Source: Chloroflexota bacterium (GTDB lineage Bacteria > Chloroflexota > Anaerolineae > J102). Taken from it: a stretch of DNA of 64,000 nt. Shown here in pieces: positions 9,839-18,550 of the stretch. Position 1 is the stretch's first letter. Each line of letters opens with the position of its first letter. The DNA is taken from NCBI GenBank assembly GCA_013151415.1, contig JAADII010000196.1, forward strand, positions 1,969 to 65,968, read 5' to 3'. The notes below the pieces were generated by a model. That model was not told where the DNA came from. It did not search any database and was given only the letters and a program-made list of their open reading frames with translations. The translations under genes and the position numbers were made by a program.

Positions 9839-10534
9839 TTATTTGCGACGCGGCACTTCGGCCAGAACAGAGATGCCCAATGCCTCGAGGTCCTTACGAT
9901 CTCGCACCCGATCGTCTAAATATTCCAGCAAGAAGATCACGCCCACCCCGGCGATGAGAGCCAATGTCAGGCGTAGGGGCAGGTCCAGCCGTTCGCGCAA
10001 CGAGGGCCCGAGCGCATTCGCTCCGCCGCGATCCACCAGATAGACCGCGCCCTGATCCGCCAACAGACGCGGCATGAATTGGTCCGCGTCTTCAATCAGA
10101 GTGGCCGCGACCGCGTCCGCAATGCGTTCAACCCGCGCGGGATCACCGCCATAGATGGTGATGTTGAGAATGCGATGCAACGTTCCGGTCTGCGCGCTGC
10201 CCTGGATTTCGCCGGGCGAAACGACAATGCCCTCATCTTTGAGGCGTTCGGACACCGCGGCTGCGAACTCCGAACCTTTGACGATGGCGCTAAAGTCGTC
10301 GATAAGATATTCGGAGGCGAGTGCGGTGTAATAACCGTCGTAAGTGTATTGGTCGGGCAAGGCCTGAGGACGCACGCCGACGCTAAAAGCCATGCCCAGC
10401 GCGTAAGTGGGCGGGCGCGGACGCCATGGCTTTTGTGTGAGCAGGGTCAGCGCCAGCGTCAGCGCGACCAGGACCGCCGGAATCCACCAACGCCGACGCA
10501 AGATGGTCCAATACGCTTGCAAAGGATTGCTCAT
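9839..10534 (-). CDS. Second Wzz/CapA-like membrane protein
   Basis: YWTILRRRWW + TM, C-terminal TM and LEYLDDRVRDRKDLEALGISVLAEVP. Confidence 0.8.
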   Translation of the reverse strand: MSNPLQAYWTILRRRWWIPAVLVALTLALTLLTQKPWRPRPPTYALGMAFSVGVRPQALPDQYTYDGYYTALASEYLIDDFSAIVKGSEFAAAVSERLKDEGIVVSPGEIQGSAQTGTLHRILNITIYGGDPARVERIADAVAATLIEDADQFMPRLLADQGAVYLVDRGGANALGPSLRERLDLPLRLTLALIAGVGVIFLLEYLDDRVRDRKDLEALGISVLAEVPRRK

Positions 10535-10633
10535 GATATGAGAAAAGGGTCCATTCAGATGCGGCGTTATTCTATCATAGGAGGGAAAAGGCGACAACGA
10601 ACCTGGCCCGTCTTCCACCACTCATTATGAACC

Positions 10634-10855
10634 CTACTCACGCGGCGGCCCGCGACGATGGACGCGAACATACACCGTCATGGCATAATAACCCAAAAAC
10701 ACCCCGATGATCGATGCCAACATGGCTCCGCCCAAGAGCCAAAGGCCCGATGGCAAATAACCCAAAACAATGAGAAAAGGGATAACGGCGCCCAAAAAGA
10801 CCAGAACCCCGCCTACAAGCCAAAGTTTCGTCCAAATGGGCAGTGATCCTCTCAT
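10634..10855 (-). CDS. Small two-TM membrane protein
   Basis: ATG overlaps the oppF stop (ATGA); two hydrophobic helices. Confidence 0.6.
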   Translation of the reverse strand: MRGSLPIWTKLWLVGGVLVFLGAVIPFLIVLGYLPSGLWLLGGAMLASIIGVFLGYYAMTVYVRVHRRGPPRE

Positions 10856-11904
10856 GATGTTTCTGGATAGGCTGTGCGATCCCCGTCGTACAACCAGCAA
10901 TCGACGACATGGTTGGGCAAAGGTTCGAAAGTGGGCGGGTTCTTGGCGTCGCACAGATCGGGCATGGCATTGGGGCAGCGGGGATGAAAACGACAGCCTG
11001 TGGGCGGGTTGACCAAACTGGGCGGTTCGCCGGGGGGCACTTCTTTCAGATGCTTGGCGTTTGCCGCGTCCGGCTCCGAGGTGCCGGTGAGCAAGGCCAC
11101 GGTGTAAGGATGCAACGGGTTGCTCAACAAGTCCTTGATATGGGTTTGCTCCACCAATTTTCCGGCGTACATCACGAAAATGCGTTCTGAGAAGAAGCGC
11201 ACTGTGGAAAGATCGTGCGTGATATACATCACAGAGAGGTTGTGCTCCTGTTGCAATTTGCGCAATAAACGCAAGATTTCAACTCGAACCGATGCATCGA
11301 GCATGGATACAGGTTCGTCGGCGACCAGGAGCTTGGGTTCCAGAATCATCGCGCGAGCAATGACGACGCGTTGTTGTTGGCCGCCGCTCAGCATGTGCGG
11401 ATACTTGTTCAAAAAATCTTCGACCGGCGTCAAGGCCACCTCTTGCAGGGCCTGGCGGATGCGCTCCATTCGTTCGGCCTTGGCTTTCACCCCATTGATG
11501 AGCAAAGGCTCTTCCAAAATTCGGCGAACCGTCATAAAGGGCGGCAACGCGCCATAAGGGTTTTGCTGCACAAATCCCACCTGCGAACGATACCATTTGA
11601 GCTCTTTGCCTTTCAAATTGCTGATGTCGCGACCTTGGAAGATGATCTGTCCCTGATGCGGCCGGTTCAATAACAACAAGGTCTTCATCAAGCTGGATTT
11701 TCCGCAGCCGCTTTCGCCTACAATGGCGATGGCCTCGCCTCGTTTCAGGTCGAAGCTTACATCGTCGACCGCGCGCACCCAACCCACATGGCTAAATCCC
11801 CACTTTTTAAGCTCGAACCACACGCGGAGATTTTTCACCGAGATAAGAATATCGTTTGTTTGAACGGGGGCCTCGGTTGGGGATGTTGGTAGCTGGGCGC
11901 TCAT
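10852..11904 (-). CDS. oppF: Oligopeptide/dipeptide-type ABC transporter ATPase (OppF-like)
   Basis: GESGCGKS, LSGGQQQR, ADEP, C-terminal CRFHPRCP..C; ATGA overlap with oppD. Confidence 0.9.
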   Translation of the reverse strand: MSAQLPTSPTEAPVQTNDILISVKNLRVWFELKKWGFSHVGWVRAVDDVSFDLKRGEAIAIVGESGCGKSSLMKTLLLLNRPHQGQIIFQGRDISNLKGKELKWYRSQVGFVQQNPYGALPPFMTVRRILEEPLLINGVKAKAERMERIRQALQEVALTPVEDFLNKYPHMLSGGQQQRVVIARAMILEPKLLVADEPVSMLDASVRVEILRLLRKLQQEHNLSVMYITHDLSTVRFFSERIFVMYAGKLVEQTHIKDLLSNPLHPYTVALLTGTSEPDAANAKHLKEVPPGEPPSLVNPPTGCRFHPRCPNAMPDLCDAKNPPTFEPLPNHVVDCWLYDGDRTAYPETS

Positions 11905-12908
11905 GAGACGCCTCCTTTCACGATTGCGGGTTCGATCACTGTTGCGCTCTCTTGCTCGTATAACCAACATTTGACAGAGCGTCCATCGACCACAAAGGTG
12001 GGCGGGTCTTGATCGCACTTTTCGAAACGCAAATGACAACGAGCCGCGAAGCGACATCCTTTGGGGGGATCAAGCAAGCTGGGCGGACGTCCGGGAATGA
12101 AATCGGGTTGCTCATCATCGTAGAGCTTGGGCACGCTGGCCATGAGCTTTTGAGAATAGGGATGCAAAGGTGAGGAAAAGAAGCTTTCCGCGTCGTTCAC
12201 TTCGACGATTTGGCCCGCATACATGACGGCCACTTCATCCGCCAGCTCGCTGGATGTGGCGATGTCGTGCGTGATGAGGATGTAACTGGCCCCGGTTTCC
12301 CATTTGATGGTTTTGAGCACATTCATGATATTGGCTTGAGTAAGCAGGTCCAAAGCCGAGGTGGGTTCATCCAACACAATAAGTTGGGGTTTGGTGATCA
12401 AGGCCATGGCAATGGCCACGCGCTGGCGCATGCCGCCCGATAGCTCAAATGGATAGCGGTTGAGGAAGTCTACAGGCACGCCCACATGTTGGAACATCTC
12501 TTGCGCGAGATTTAGGGCTTGCTCTTTATCCATATCCAGGTGCACCATGGCGGGCTCCGCCACCTGATCGCCCACCCGAATTACCGGATTGAGCGCGTTC
12601 ATCGCGGCCTGAGGAACCATGGATATCTTCACCCATCGCACCCGAGTGCGATATTCTTCATCGGTGAGACCCATAACATCTTCGCCGTTGAGTTCGATTT
12701 TTCCTGAATAACGGCTTACATTGCGAGGCAGCAGGCGAAGGATGGCTTTGGCCATGGAGGTTTTGCCGCAGCCCGACTCGCCTAAAATAACCACAGCTTT
12801 GTTCGGGCTTAGTTGAAAATGCACATGGTCCACGGCTTGAACATGGCCGCGTCGGGTCTTGAAGTAGAGGACCAAGTCTTCGACGCGAAGTAGAGGCTGA
12901 TCATGCAT
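11901..12908 (-). CDS. oppD: Oligopeptide/dipeptide-type ABC transporter ATPase (OppD-like)
   Basis: GESGCGKT, LSGGMRQR, LDEPT, HPYSQKL, CRFAARC. Confidence 0.9.
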   Translation of the reverse strand: MHDQPLLRVEDLVLYFKTRRGHVQAVDHVHFQLSPNKAVVILGESGCGKTSMAKAILRLLPRNVSRYSGKIELNGEDVMGLTDEEYRTRVRWVKISMVPQAAMNALNPVIRVGDQVAEPAMVHLDMDKEQALNLAQEMFQHVGVPVDFLNRYPFELSGGMRQRVAIAMALITKPQLIVLDEPTSALDLLTQANIMNVLKTIKWETGASYILITHDIATSSELADEVAVMYAGQIVEVNDAESFFSSPLHPYSQKLMASVPKLYDDEQPDFIPGRPPSLLDPPKGCRFAARCHLRFEKCDQDPPTFVVDGRSVKCWLYEQESATVIEPAIVKGGVS

Positions 12909-12909
12909 A

Positions 12910-14244
12910 TTACATTCCTCGAAGGCGCGGATTGAAAATGCGGTCTAACGCGAAGCCCAGCATGGCGAAGGAGAAGCCGGTGAGCATAAGCATGAAGGAG
13001 GGCTCCAGCACCCAATAATACTGTCCTTTGAGCAGCGCGCCGTTGGTGCGCGCGTCATTGATGATCTTCCCCCAGGTGGGCATGACCGGATCGCCCAGGC
13101 CCAATACGGCCAACGAGGCTTCTAAAAAGACGAAGCTGGGAATAAGCACCACCAATGAGGGGATGAGCACTGGAATGATGCGCGGGATCAAGTAGCGCAG
13201 GATGATCCGTCCGTTGCTGGCGCCGTAAGCCTGGGCGGCCTGGATATATCCAGCTTCTCGCTCCTGCATAAAGATGGCGCGAAAGCTTTTGATGCTGGCG
13301 CCGAAAATGCTAAGGAGAATGACGAACCCCAAAATAACCCACAAACTGCGAGAGTAGAAAACGCCGATCATAATGAGGATGGGCAGAACGGGCAACATCA
13401 TGTTGATCTCGGTCACGCGCTGAATGACGCCATCCACCCAACCGCCAAACCAGGCCCCAGTAGCCGCGATGGTCATGGTGAGCACACTGGTGATGACCGC
13501 GGCCAGCAGGCCAAAAGCCAGGGCGACAGGCGTGCCCCAAAGCAGACCTAACATCAGATCGCGCCGAAGATGATCGGTGCCCGCCATGCCATACACTTTT
13601 CCGAAAATGATGGATTTCACTTCAAAGGCGCTTTCCGGTTCAAAGGTGATTCCTGCAATTTCAAGCGTGTAAGTCCCTTTCAAAGGAGCGGGCTCTTCGC
13701 TGTTGGGGTCTGCAAAGAGGGCGACTTCCGCAGGCGCGCCCAATTTTTTGGTCAATTGGTCGTCTTGCGAAATGCGACGAGTATAGGTCTTTTCAATGGC
13801 GAAATCACCGATGCTAATCTCTCGACCATCCGGCGTTTTCCAAATGAGACTAATATAGGGCGCTTTTTTCTCATAAGTCGAGGTGAAAAAGAGGATGATT
13901 TCCTGCGGAAATTCGTCGGCCGTATATTCGAACTGAAACGACATAAAGATGTCTGTCAACTCTTTATCCAATGGCGTGATCTGCTTTTCCACGCCCTCGT
14001 CGGTGGAGCGGTAGACGATGGTCTCAGGCAGTTTTTTCGAACGAACCAGATTGATCCAGGTGGGGGGAACGCCTCGGGGATTGTCTTGCCAGACCATGTC
14101 GCCCCCGCGCCATTTGGTCACCGATTCTTGATAAGGCAGGGCGATGACCGTGTAAATGGAGACGCCCACCAATATCAGGATGATCACCAATGCGACAACG
14201 GCCGAAGGATAACGGGTAATATCTCGAAATTGATTGAGATTCAT
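12910..14244 (-). CDS. oppC: ABC transporter permease (OppC-like) with large extracytoplasmic domain
   Basis: GTDHLRRD, EAA-like loop YIQAAQAYGASNGRII, PTWGKII. Confidence 0.88.
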   Translation of the reverse strand: MNLNQFRDITRYPSAVVALVIILILVGVSIYTVIALPYQESVTKWRGGDMVWQDNPRGVPPTWINLVRSKKLPETIVYRSTDEGVEKQITPLDKELTDIFMSFQFEYTADEFPQEIILFFTSTYEKKAPYISLIWKTPDGREISIGDFAIEKTYTRRISQDDQLTKKLGAPAEVALFADPNSEEPAPLKGTYTLEIAGITFEPESAFEVKSIIFGKVYGMAGTDHLRRDLMLGLLWGTPVALAFGLLAAVITSVLTMTIAATGAWFGGWVDGVIQRVTEINMMLPVLPILIMIGVFYSRSLWVILGFVILLSIFGASIKSFRAIFMQEREAGYIQAAQAYGASNGRIILRYLIPRIIPVLIPSLVVLIPSFVFLEASLAVLGLGDPVMPTWGKIINDARTNGALLKGQYYWVLEPSFMLMLTGFSFAMLGFALDRIFNPRLRGM

Positions 14245-14259
14245 GCCTGATCGTCCTCC

Positions 14260-15363
14260 TTAGCCGATTTTGACCCGCGGGTCGATGAATGCATAGACGA
14301 TGTCCAACAGAAAGACCGTGATCGCCAATAAATAGGCGTAAAGGACGGTGGTTCCCACAATGACCGCGGTGTCGAATAAGCCAATGGCTTGGAAATAGAC
14401 CCGTCCAATGCCTGGCCAGTTAAACACCGTTTCGAAAATGATGGCTCCCAACCAGACGGCGATGGCGGACAAAGCAAAGTTGGTGACAATGGTGGGCAAG
14501 GTGGGACGTAAAATGTAACGTCGTTCGATGGTTCGATCGGTCAGCCCCTTGGCCTTGGCCATTTCCACATAATCTTCGGAAGAGTAGATCAAGAAGAAAG
14601 TTCGCCAGCTATAGATGCTGAGAAAAATGGAGCTGATCGCCAAAGCCAAAAGCGGAAGCACCATGTGTTCGGCGACGCTAAGCGCGTATTTCAATGGGTC
14701 TTCAGGCGGCGGCGCGTCCACCATGCCCCCATAAGGCAGCACTCGGAGCCAGGCCGCGAAGATCACGATGAGAAAAATGCCATAAAACCAGCCCGGCGCG
14801 GCCGAAGTGGGCGAAAGCGCCACCACAAAGCGATCCCAAAAACTGCCGTATCGTCGCGAAAGCATCAGGGCAAGGAAAAGACTCGCAATAAAGTTGATAA
14901 GAAAGGATGTTCCAAATAGCAGCACGGTGGCGGGAAGCCGTTCCAGAATAATCAGTTTGACCTGTCGCGAGCCGCTATCGCTTGTCATATTTTTCGCTCG
15001 TCCCAAGTTCAGGGTGAGCGCATCTTTTAGATAATTAAAGCTCCGTATGATAAAAGGCTGATTCAAGCCCAGTCGCTCCTCCTCCAGCACCACCAGTTTT
15101 TCTTGCAATTGTTTTCGCTCTTCGGTGCTTAGCTTCTTATATTCCGGATTCATGCTTATCTGAATGGCGATGTTCTCGCGTATCTCCGCTCGTTGAATTT
15201 CATCCACATAGCCGCCCATGTTCGCCACCAGAATGGTCAGATAAATCCCCACCGCCACCGCAAAAAAGAGTATGAAAAAACGAATGATGGTGTATTTCCC
15301 AATGCGCTTCAAGGTGTCAAGCTGCGCCTGCCGTTTTAGATCATGTTGAGCCAATTGGGCCAT
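14260..15363 (-). CDS. oppB: ABC transporter permease (OppB-like)
   Basis: ERLPAT, DYVEMAKAKGL, ETVFNWPGIG, DPRV. Confidence 0.88.
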   Translation of the reverse strand: MAQLAQHDLKRQAQLDTLKRIGKYTIIRFFILFFAVAVGIYLTILVANMGGYVDEIQRAEIRENIAIQISMNPEYKKLSTEERKQLQEKLVVLEEERLGLNQPFIIRSFNYLKDALTLNLGRAKNMTSDSGSRQVKLIILERLPATVLLFGTSFLINFIASLFLALMLSRRYGSFWDRFVVALSPTSAAPGWFYGIFLIVIFAAWLRVLPYGGMVDAPPPEDPLKYALSVAEHMVLPLLALAISSIFLSIYSWRTFFLIYSSEDYVEMAKAKGLTDRTIERRYILRPTLPTIVTNFALSAIAVWLGAIIFETVFNWPGIGRVYFQAIGLFDTAVIVGTTVLYAYLLAITVFLLDIVYAFIDPRVKIG

Positions 15364-15471
15364 AGGGTTTCCTCAAACAGACGAATGGAACATCGTGAAT
15401 TGAGGTGGACCGGTCTCCGCCTCGGAAGGGCTTGCCGCGGTCGCGGCGTTTTAGCCGCCATCAACAAAGAA

Positions 15472-15504
15472 AGGGCTGGCGACTGAGCAGCAGTCGCCAG
15501 CCCT
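15472..15504 (-). terminator. Stem-loop downstream of the SBP gene (terminator or mRNA stabiliser)
   Basis: AGGGCTGGCGACT / 7-nt loop / AGTCGCCAGCCCT, followed by TTCTTTGTT on the minus strand. Confidence 0.8.
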
Positions 15505-15517
15505 GTGAGCGCAAAGC

Positions 15518-18118
15518 TTAAGGTACGGAGACGAACTCCATGTCCGCGAAGGAGGGAATGCTCACCACCAATGGCGAGACGGCCACCTCGATGCGGTTGG
15601 AGCCGGCCGGCAGGTTGCCGGTCACGTCGCTGCTGAGGACCACCTGATACTTGCCATCTTCCACCAGTTCGGCGGAGCCGGAAGCCGCCAGATTGCCCTC
15701 GGCGTCGAAGACCAGGTACTTGACTTCGCTGATTTCTGTGGCGGGGTAGGCCTCATCCTGATAGGTGACCATGATCTCGAAGACGGCCTCCTCGCCGATC
15801 TTCACGCGACCAGGCCCATCCACTGCCGCCTCAGCGATCTTGGGTTCGGCGAAGCGAGCCCACTTGTTGGCGGAATCAGGATAGGCTTCGTTGCGCACCA
15901 GTTCCAGCGAGCCTTCGACCGGATACGCCGCCTTGAGAATGAAGGGGCCGGTGTTCACCCAGAAATGTTCGAACTCATCGTAGAACTTGCTCAAGTTCTC
16001 ATAACGAGCCGCGGCCTCGTCTGCGCTGACAAACTCGCCCAGCGTCGCGGCGTAAGGCACGAATCCTTCACCAGCAGCCTCATCTAGGTATTTCTTCAGC
16101 ACTTCCAGGCTGGGGCCGCCAATGAAGCTCATCCATTCCACCTCAAGCGCGTCGGCCTTGTCAGAGGAGAAGGCCAGCTCTTTGTTCTCTTCGGCCTTAT
16201 AGGCCACGGCCAGGGTGTGCCAGGGAGCCTGGCCCTGATCGTAATAAGGCCACCAGGAGCTGATGCTGTTCTCCGCATCCAAAGCGTACTGGTCATCGTA
16301 GGTTTCGATGATCAGAGGATCGGTGGAAACGATGCGCACGCCCTTGAAGTGGCTGAGGAAGGATTCCAGATCGGGCACCACGGCCTCATCGAAGATGGGG
16401 CTGGCTTCCTTGCCGCGATCGAAGGTGAGGATCATGCCCATGATGAAGTCGCCCAGGCTGAGCGGGCTGCCATCTTGCCAGGTGACGGTGTCGAACATGC
16501 CCTCAGGATAGTAAACCACCGATTTCGTGTTGGCGGTGACGGTCTCCGTGAACTTCTCGGCCGCGGTGATGAATGTTTGATTCTCCGCGTCCCAGTCCAC
16601 CCAGGCGTCGTCGGGCACGATGATCTCATCTTCGAAGGTGAGATCGATCCAATCCAGGGTCTTGGCCACGGGCAAGCCTGTCTTCACCACCAGTTCGGCC
16701 TTTTCGATGCGGTTTGGCCAGCTCAGGCCGGTGAAGGGATCGGCGATGACCGCGAATTCGCCGGTGGCCCGCTGGGGCATGGTGTCATAGATCCAGTTGG
16801 AGCCGGCAATGGGATTCCAGGGCTCCACCAACAGACCGGGCTGAGCGATCTTCACCTGACCGCCTTCTTCGTTCGTGCGGCGAACGGTGTAGGGATAGAC
16901 CTGCGCACCCGCGATGCCGCCAGCCAGGTCCGCAGTCACAGATACGTCTGCGCGATAGGGCGAAAACGCGAGCTGATCATTAATCCACACGCGCACACTA
17001 TCCTGCAAGGCCAGTTCCATGGCCTGGCGGAAGAGTTCGCCTCGCTCCTCCATCGTGGCGAAGTCGTTGTTTTCCAGCCGAAGCGACACTTGATCAAAGT
17101 CCTCGCTGGGCTGATAAGCTTGCCACAACGGCACGGGAATGCCACGCGGGGTGTAGAAAAAGCTGAAGTTGCCGCCTTGATCCCGGTCGATGGCCGTGGT
17201 GATCCAACCGCCGGTGTACATGGTCCACTGGCCTTCGGCCGGATCAGTGCGGATCCACAGCGCCGACGCTTCGGTGCGGTTCTTATACATGCGGTCCACC
17301 GTGAAGCCTACGGCCTCCAGCTGGTTGGACACATAATCACCAATCTCTTGGCGCTCATCCTCGGTGCGGATGACAAACTTGATGGTGACCGGGTTGCCAT
17401 TGTATGTCCATTTGCCATCCACCATTTCCGCGCCCATGGCGGCCATCTCTTCCTCAATGATGGCCTTGGCCTTGTCCAGATCATAGGCGTATTTGGCTTC
17501 GAGCTCGCGAACTTTGTCTACATAGCGCGCATAGTCGGGGAAAGCGCTGGTGATGGGCAAGAATTTAGGAATGGCCAAGCCGCCGTAAATCTCCTCAACC
17601 ACGTAGTTTCGGTCGATGAGCCAGTTTACGGCCTCGCGAATCTTGGCGCTGGAGAAGGGGTTCAATTCACCTTCGCCATACTCAGGCCCCACAGGATTGA
17701 AGGTGAGCTCGGTGTAGGAGCCGAAAGATTCGGCGTAAGCCAAATCCGCATTTTCCTTGACCTTCTTGAAGAGTTCAGGATCGCTGACGGTGTAGGCGTA
17801 GATATCGATATCGCCGCCTTCCAGCTGAGACACCGCCAGATCCGCATCCTCCTGCACAGTAAAGACCAACGAATCCACCCAGGCTCCGGTTCGAGGCACC
17901 GGCGTGGGCGTGGGCGGGATAGGCGTCGGCGTGGGCGGCACAGGCGTGGGCGTAGGCGGTTCTGGCGTGGGCGGCTCTGGCGTGGGCGTCGCTTCCGCCG
18001 GCGCTTCAGTCGGTTCGGGCGGAGCGGGCGTGGGCGTTGGTTCGGCTCCTCCACATGCAGCCAGAGTCAACGCCACAATCATAAGCAGACCAGCAATCAT
18101 CAAAATGCGTTTGGACAT
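15518..18118 (-). CDS. Family-5 ABC substrate-binding lipoprotein, 866 aa, with Pro/Thr linker and C-terminal extra domain
   Basis: Lipobox LAAC, PTPTP linker, ELTFNP, IREAVNWLIDR; SD AGGAGG; heads the oppBCDF operon. Confidence 0.88.
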   Translation of the reverse strand: MSKRILMIAGLLMIVALTLAACGGAEPTPTPAPPEPTEAPAEATPTPEPPTPEPPTPTPVPPTPTPIPPTPTPVPRTGAWVDSLVFTVQEDADLAVSQLEGGDIDIYAYTVSDPELFKKVKENADLAYAESFGSYTELTFNPVGPEYGEGELNPFSSAKIREAVNWLIDRNYVVEEIYGGLAIPKFLPITSAFPDYARYVDKVRELEAKYAYDLDKAKAIIEEEMAAMGAEMVDGKWTYNGNPVTIKFVIRTEDERQEIGDYVSNQLEAVGFTVDRMYKNRTEASALWIRTDPAEGQWTMYTGGWITTAIDRDQGGNFSFFYTPRGIPVPLWQAYQPSEDFDQVSLRLENNDFATMEERGELFRQAMELALQDSVRVWINDQLAFSPYRADVSVTADLAGGIAGAQVYPYTVRRTNEEGGQVKIAQPGLLVEPWNPIAGSNWIYDTMPQRATGEFAVIADPFTGLSWPNRIEKAELVVKTGLPVAKTLDWIDLTFEDEIIVPDDAWVDWDAENQTFITAAEKFTETVTANTKSVVYYPEGMFDTVTWQDGSPLSLGDFIMGMILTFDRGKEASPIFDEAVVPDLESFLSHFKGVRIVSTDPLIIETYDDQYALDAENSISSWWPYYDQGQAPWHTLAVAYKAEENKELAFSSDKADALEVEWMSFIGGPSLEVLKKYLDEAAGEGFVPYAATLGEFVSADEAAARYENLSKFYDEFEHFWVNTGPFILKAAYPVEGSLELVRNEAYPDSANKWARFAEPKIAEAAVDGPGRVKIGEEAVFEIMVTYQDEAYPATEISEVKYLVFDAEGNLAASGSAELVEDGKYQVVLSSDVTGNLPAGSNRIEVAVSPLVVSIPSFADMEFVSVP

Positions 18119-18184
18119 TCTTCTTCACCTCCTTTGGAGTGACAGGAAAATTAGACTTGGAAAGTACCTTGACAAAGTGCTGCG

Positions 18185-18214
18185 ATTATAGACAGCAACT
18201 TCTGAACCTGTCAA
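18185..18214 (-). promoter_or_regulatory. Sigma70-type promoter of the ABC operon
   Basis: Minus strand TTGACA (18214-18209), 18 nt, TATAAT (18190-18185). Confidence 0.7.
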
Positions 18215-18550
18215 CCCCACAAGTGGCGTTGTTCACGACTCTCGGCGAGATTTTTAGAAAATTCTCATAAAAGAGCCGTTTTGCCCCGAAAATCTCATCT
18301 TCGTCTCATTTTTGGGCTGCGCTGCGCGCAAATAAAGAAGAGATCGCGTCTGAGAGTCGCCCTTAACCAAAAATCGGACAAGAGGATTGGCTCTGTGCAT
18401 GATTTTCCTTTGTGGGGTGTTCAGCTCTAAATTCGCCTTGCGCGCTGTTCACCCTGGCGCTAAAATAAGGGTGCAATTTTCACTGTTCATCCTATCGTCC
18501 ACAATCCGCGTCGAGATTTGGACGATGATTAACCAAGGGCGCCCTCTCTC

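Noticed and set aside
17900-18050. GGCGTGGGCG-type tandem DNA repeats (also near 41930-42110, 44470-44700, 63150-63230)
   Set aside because: They encode Pro/Thr linkers within proteins and are not independent repeat elements.
16217-18142. 641-aa plus-strand ORF
   Set aside because: Antisense shadow of the SBP gene, typical of high-GC codon bias; no motifs.
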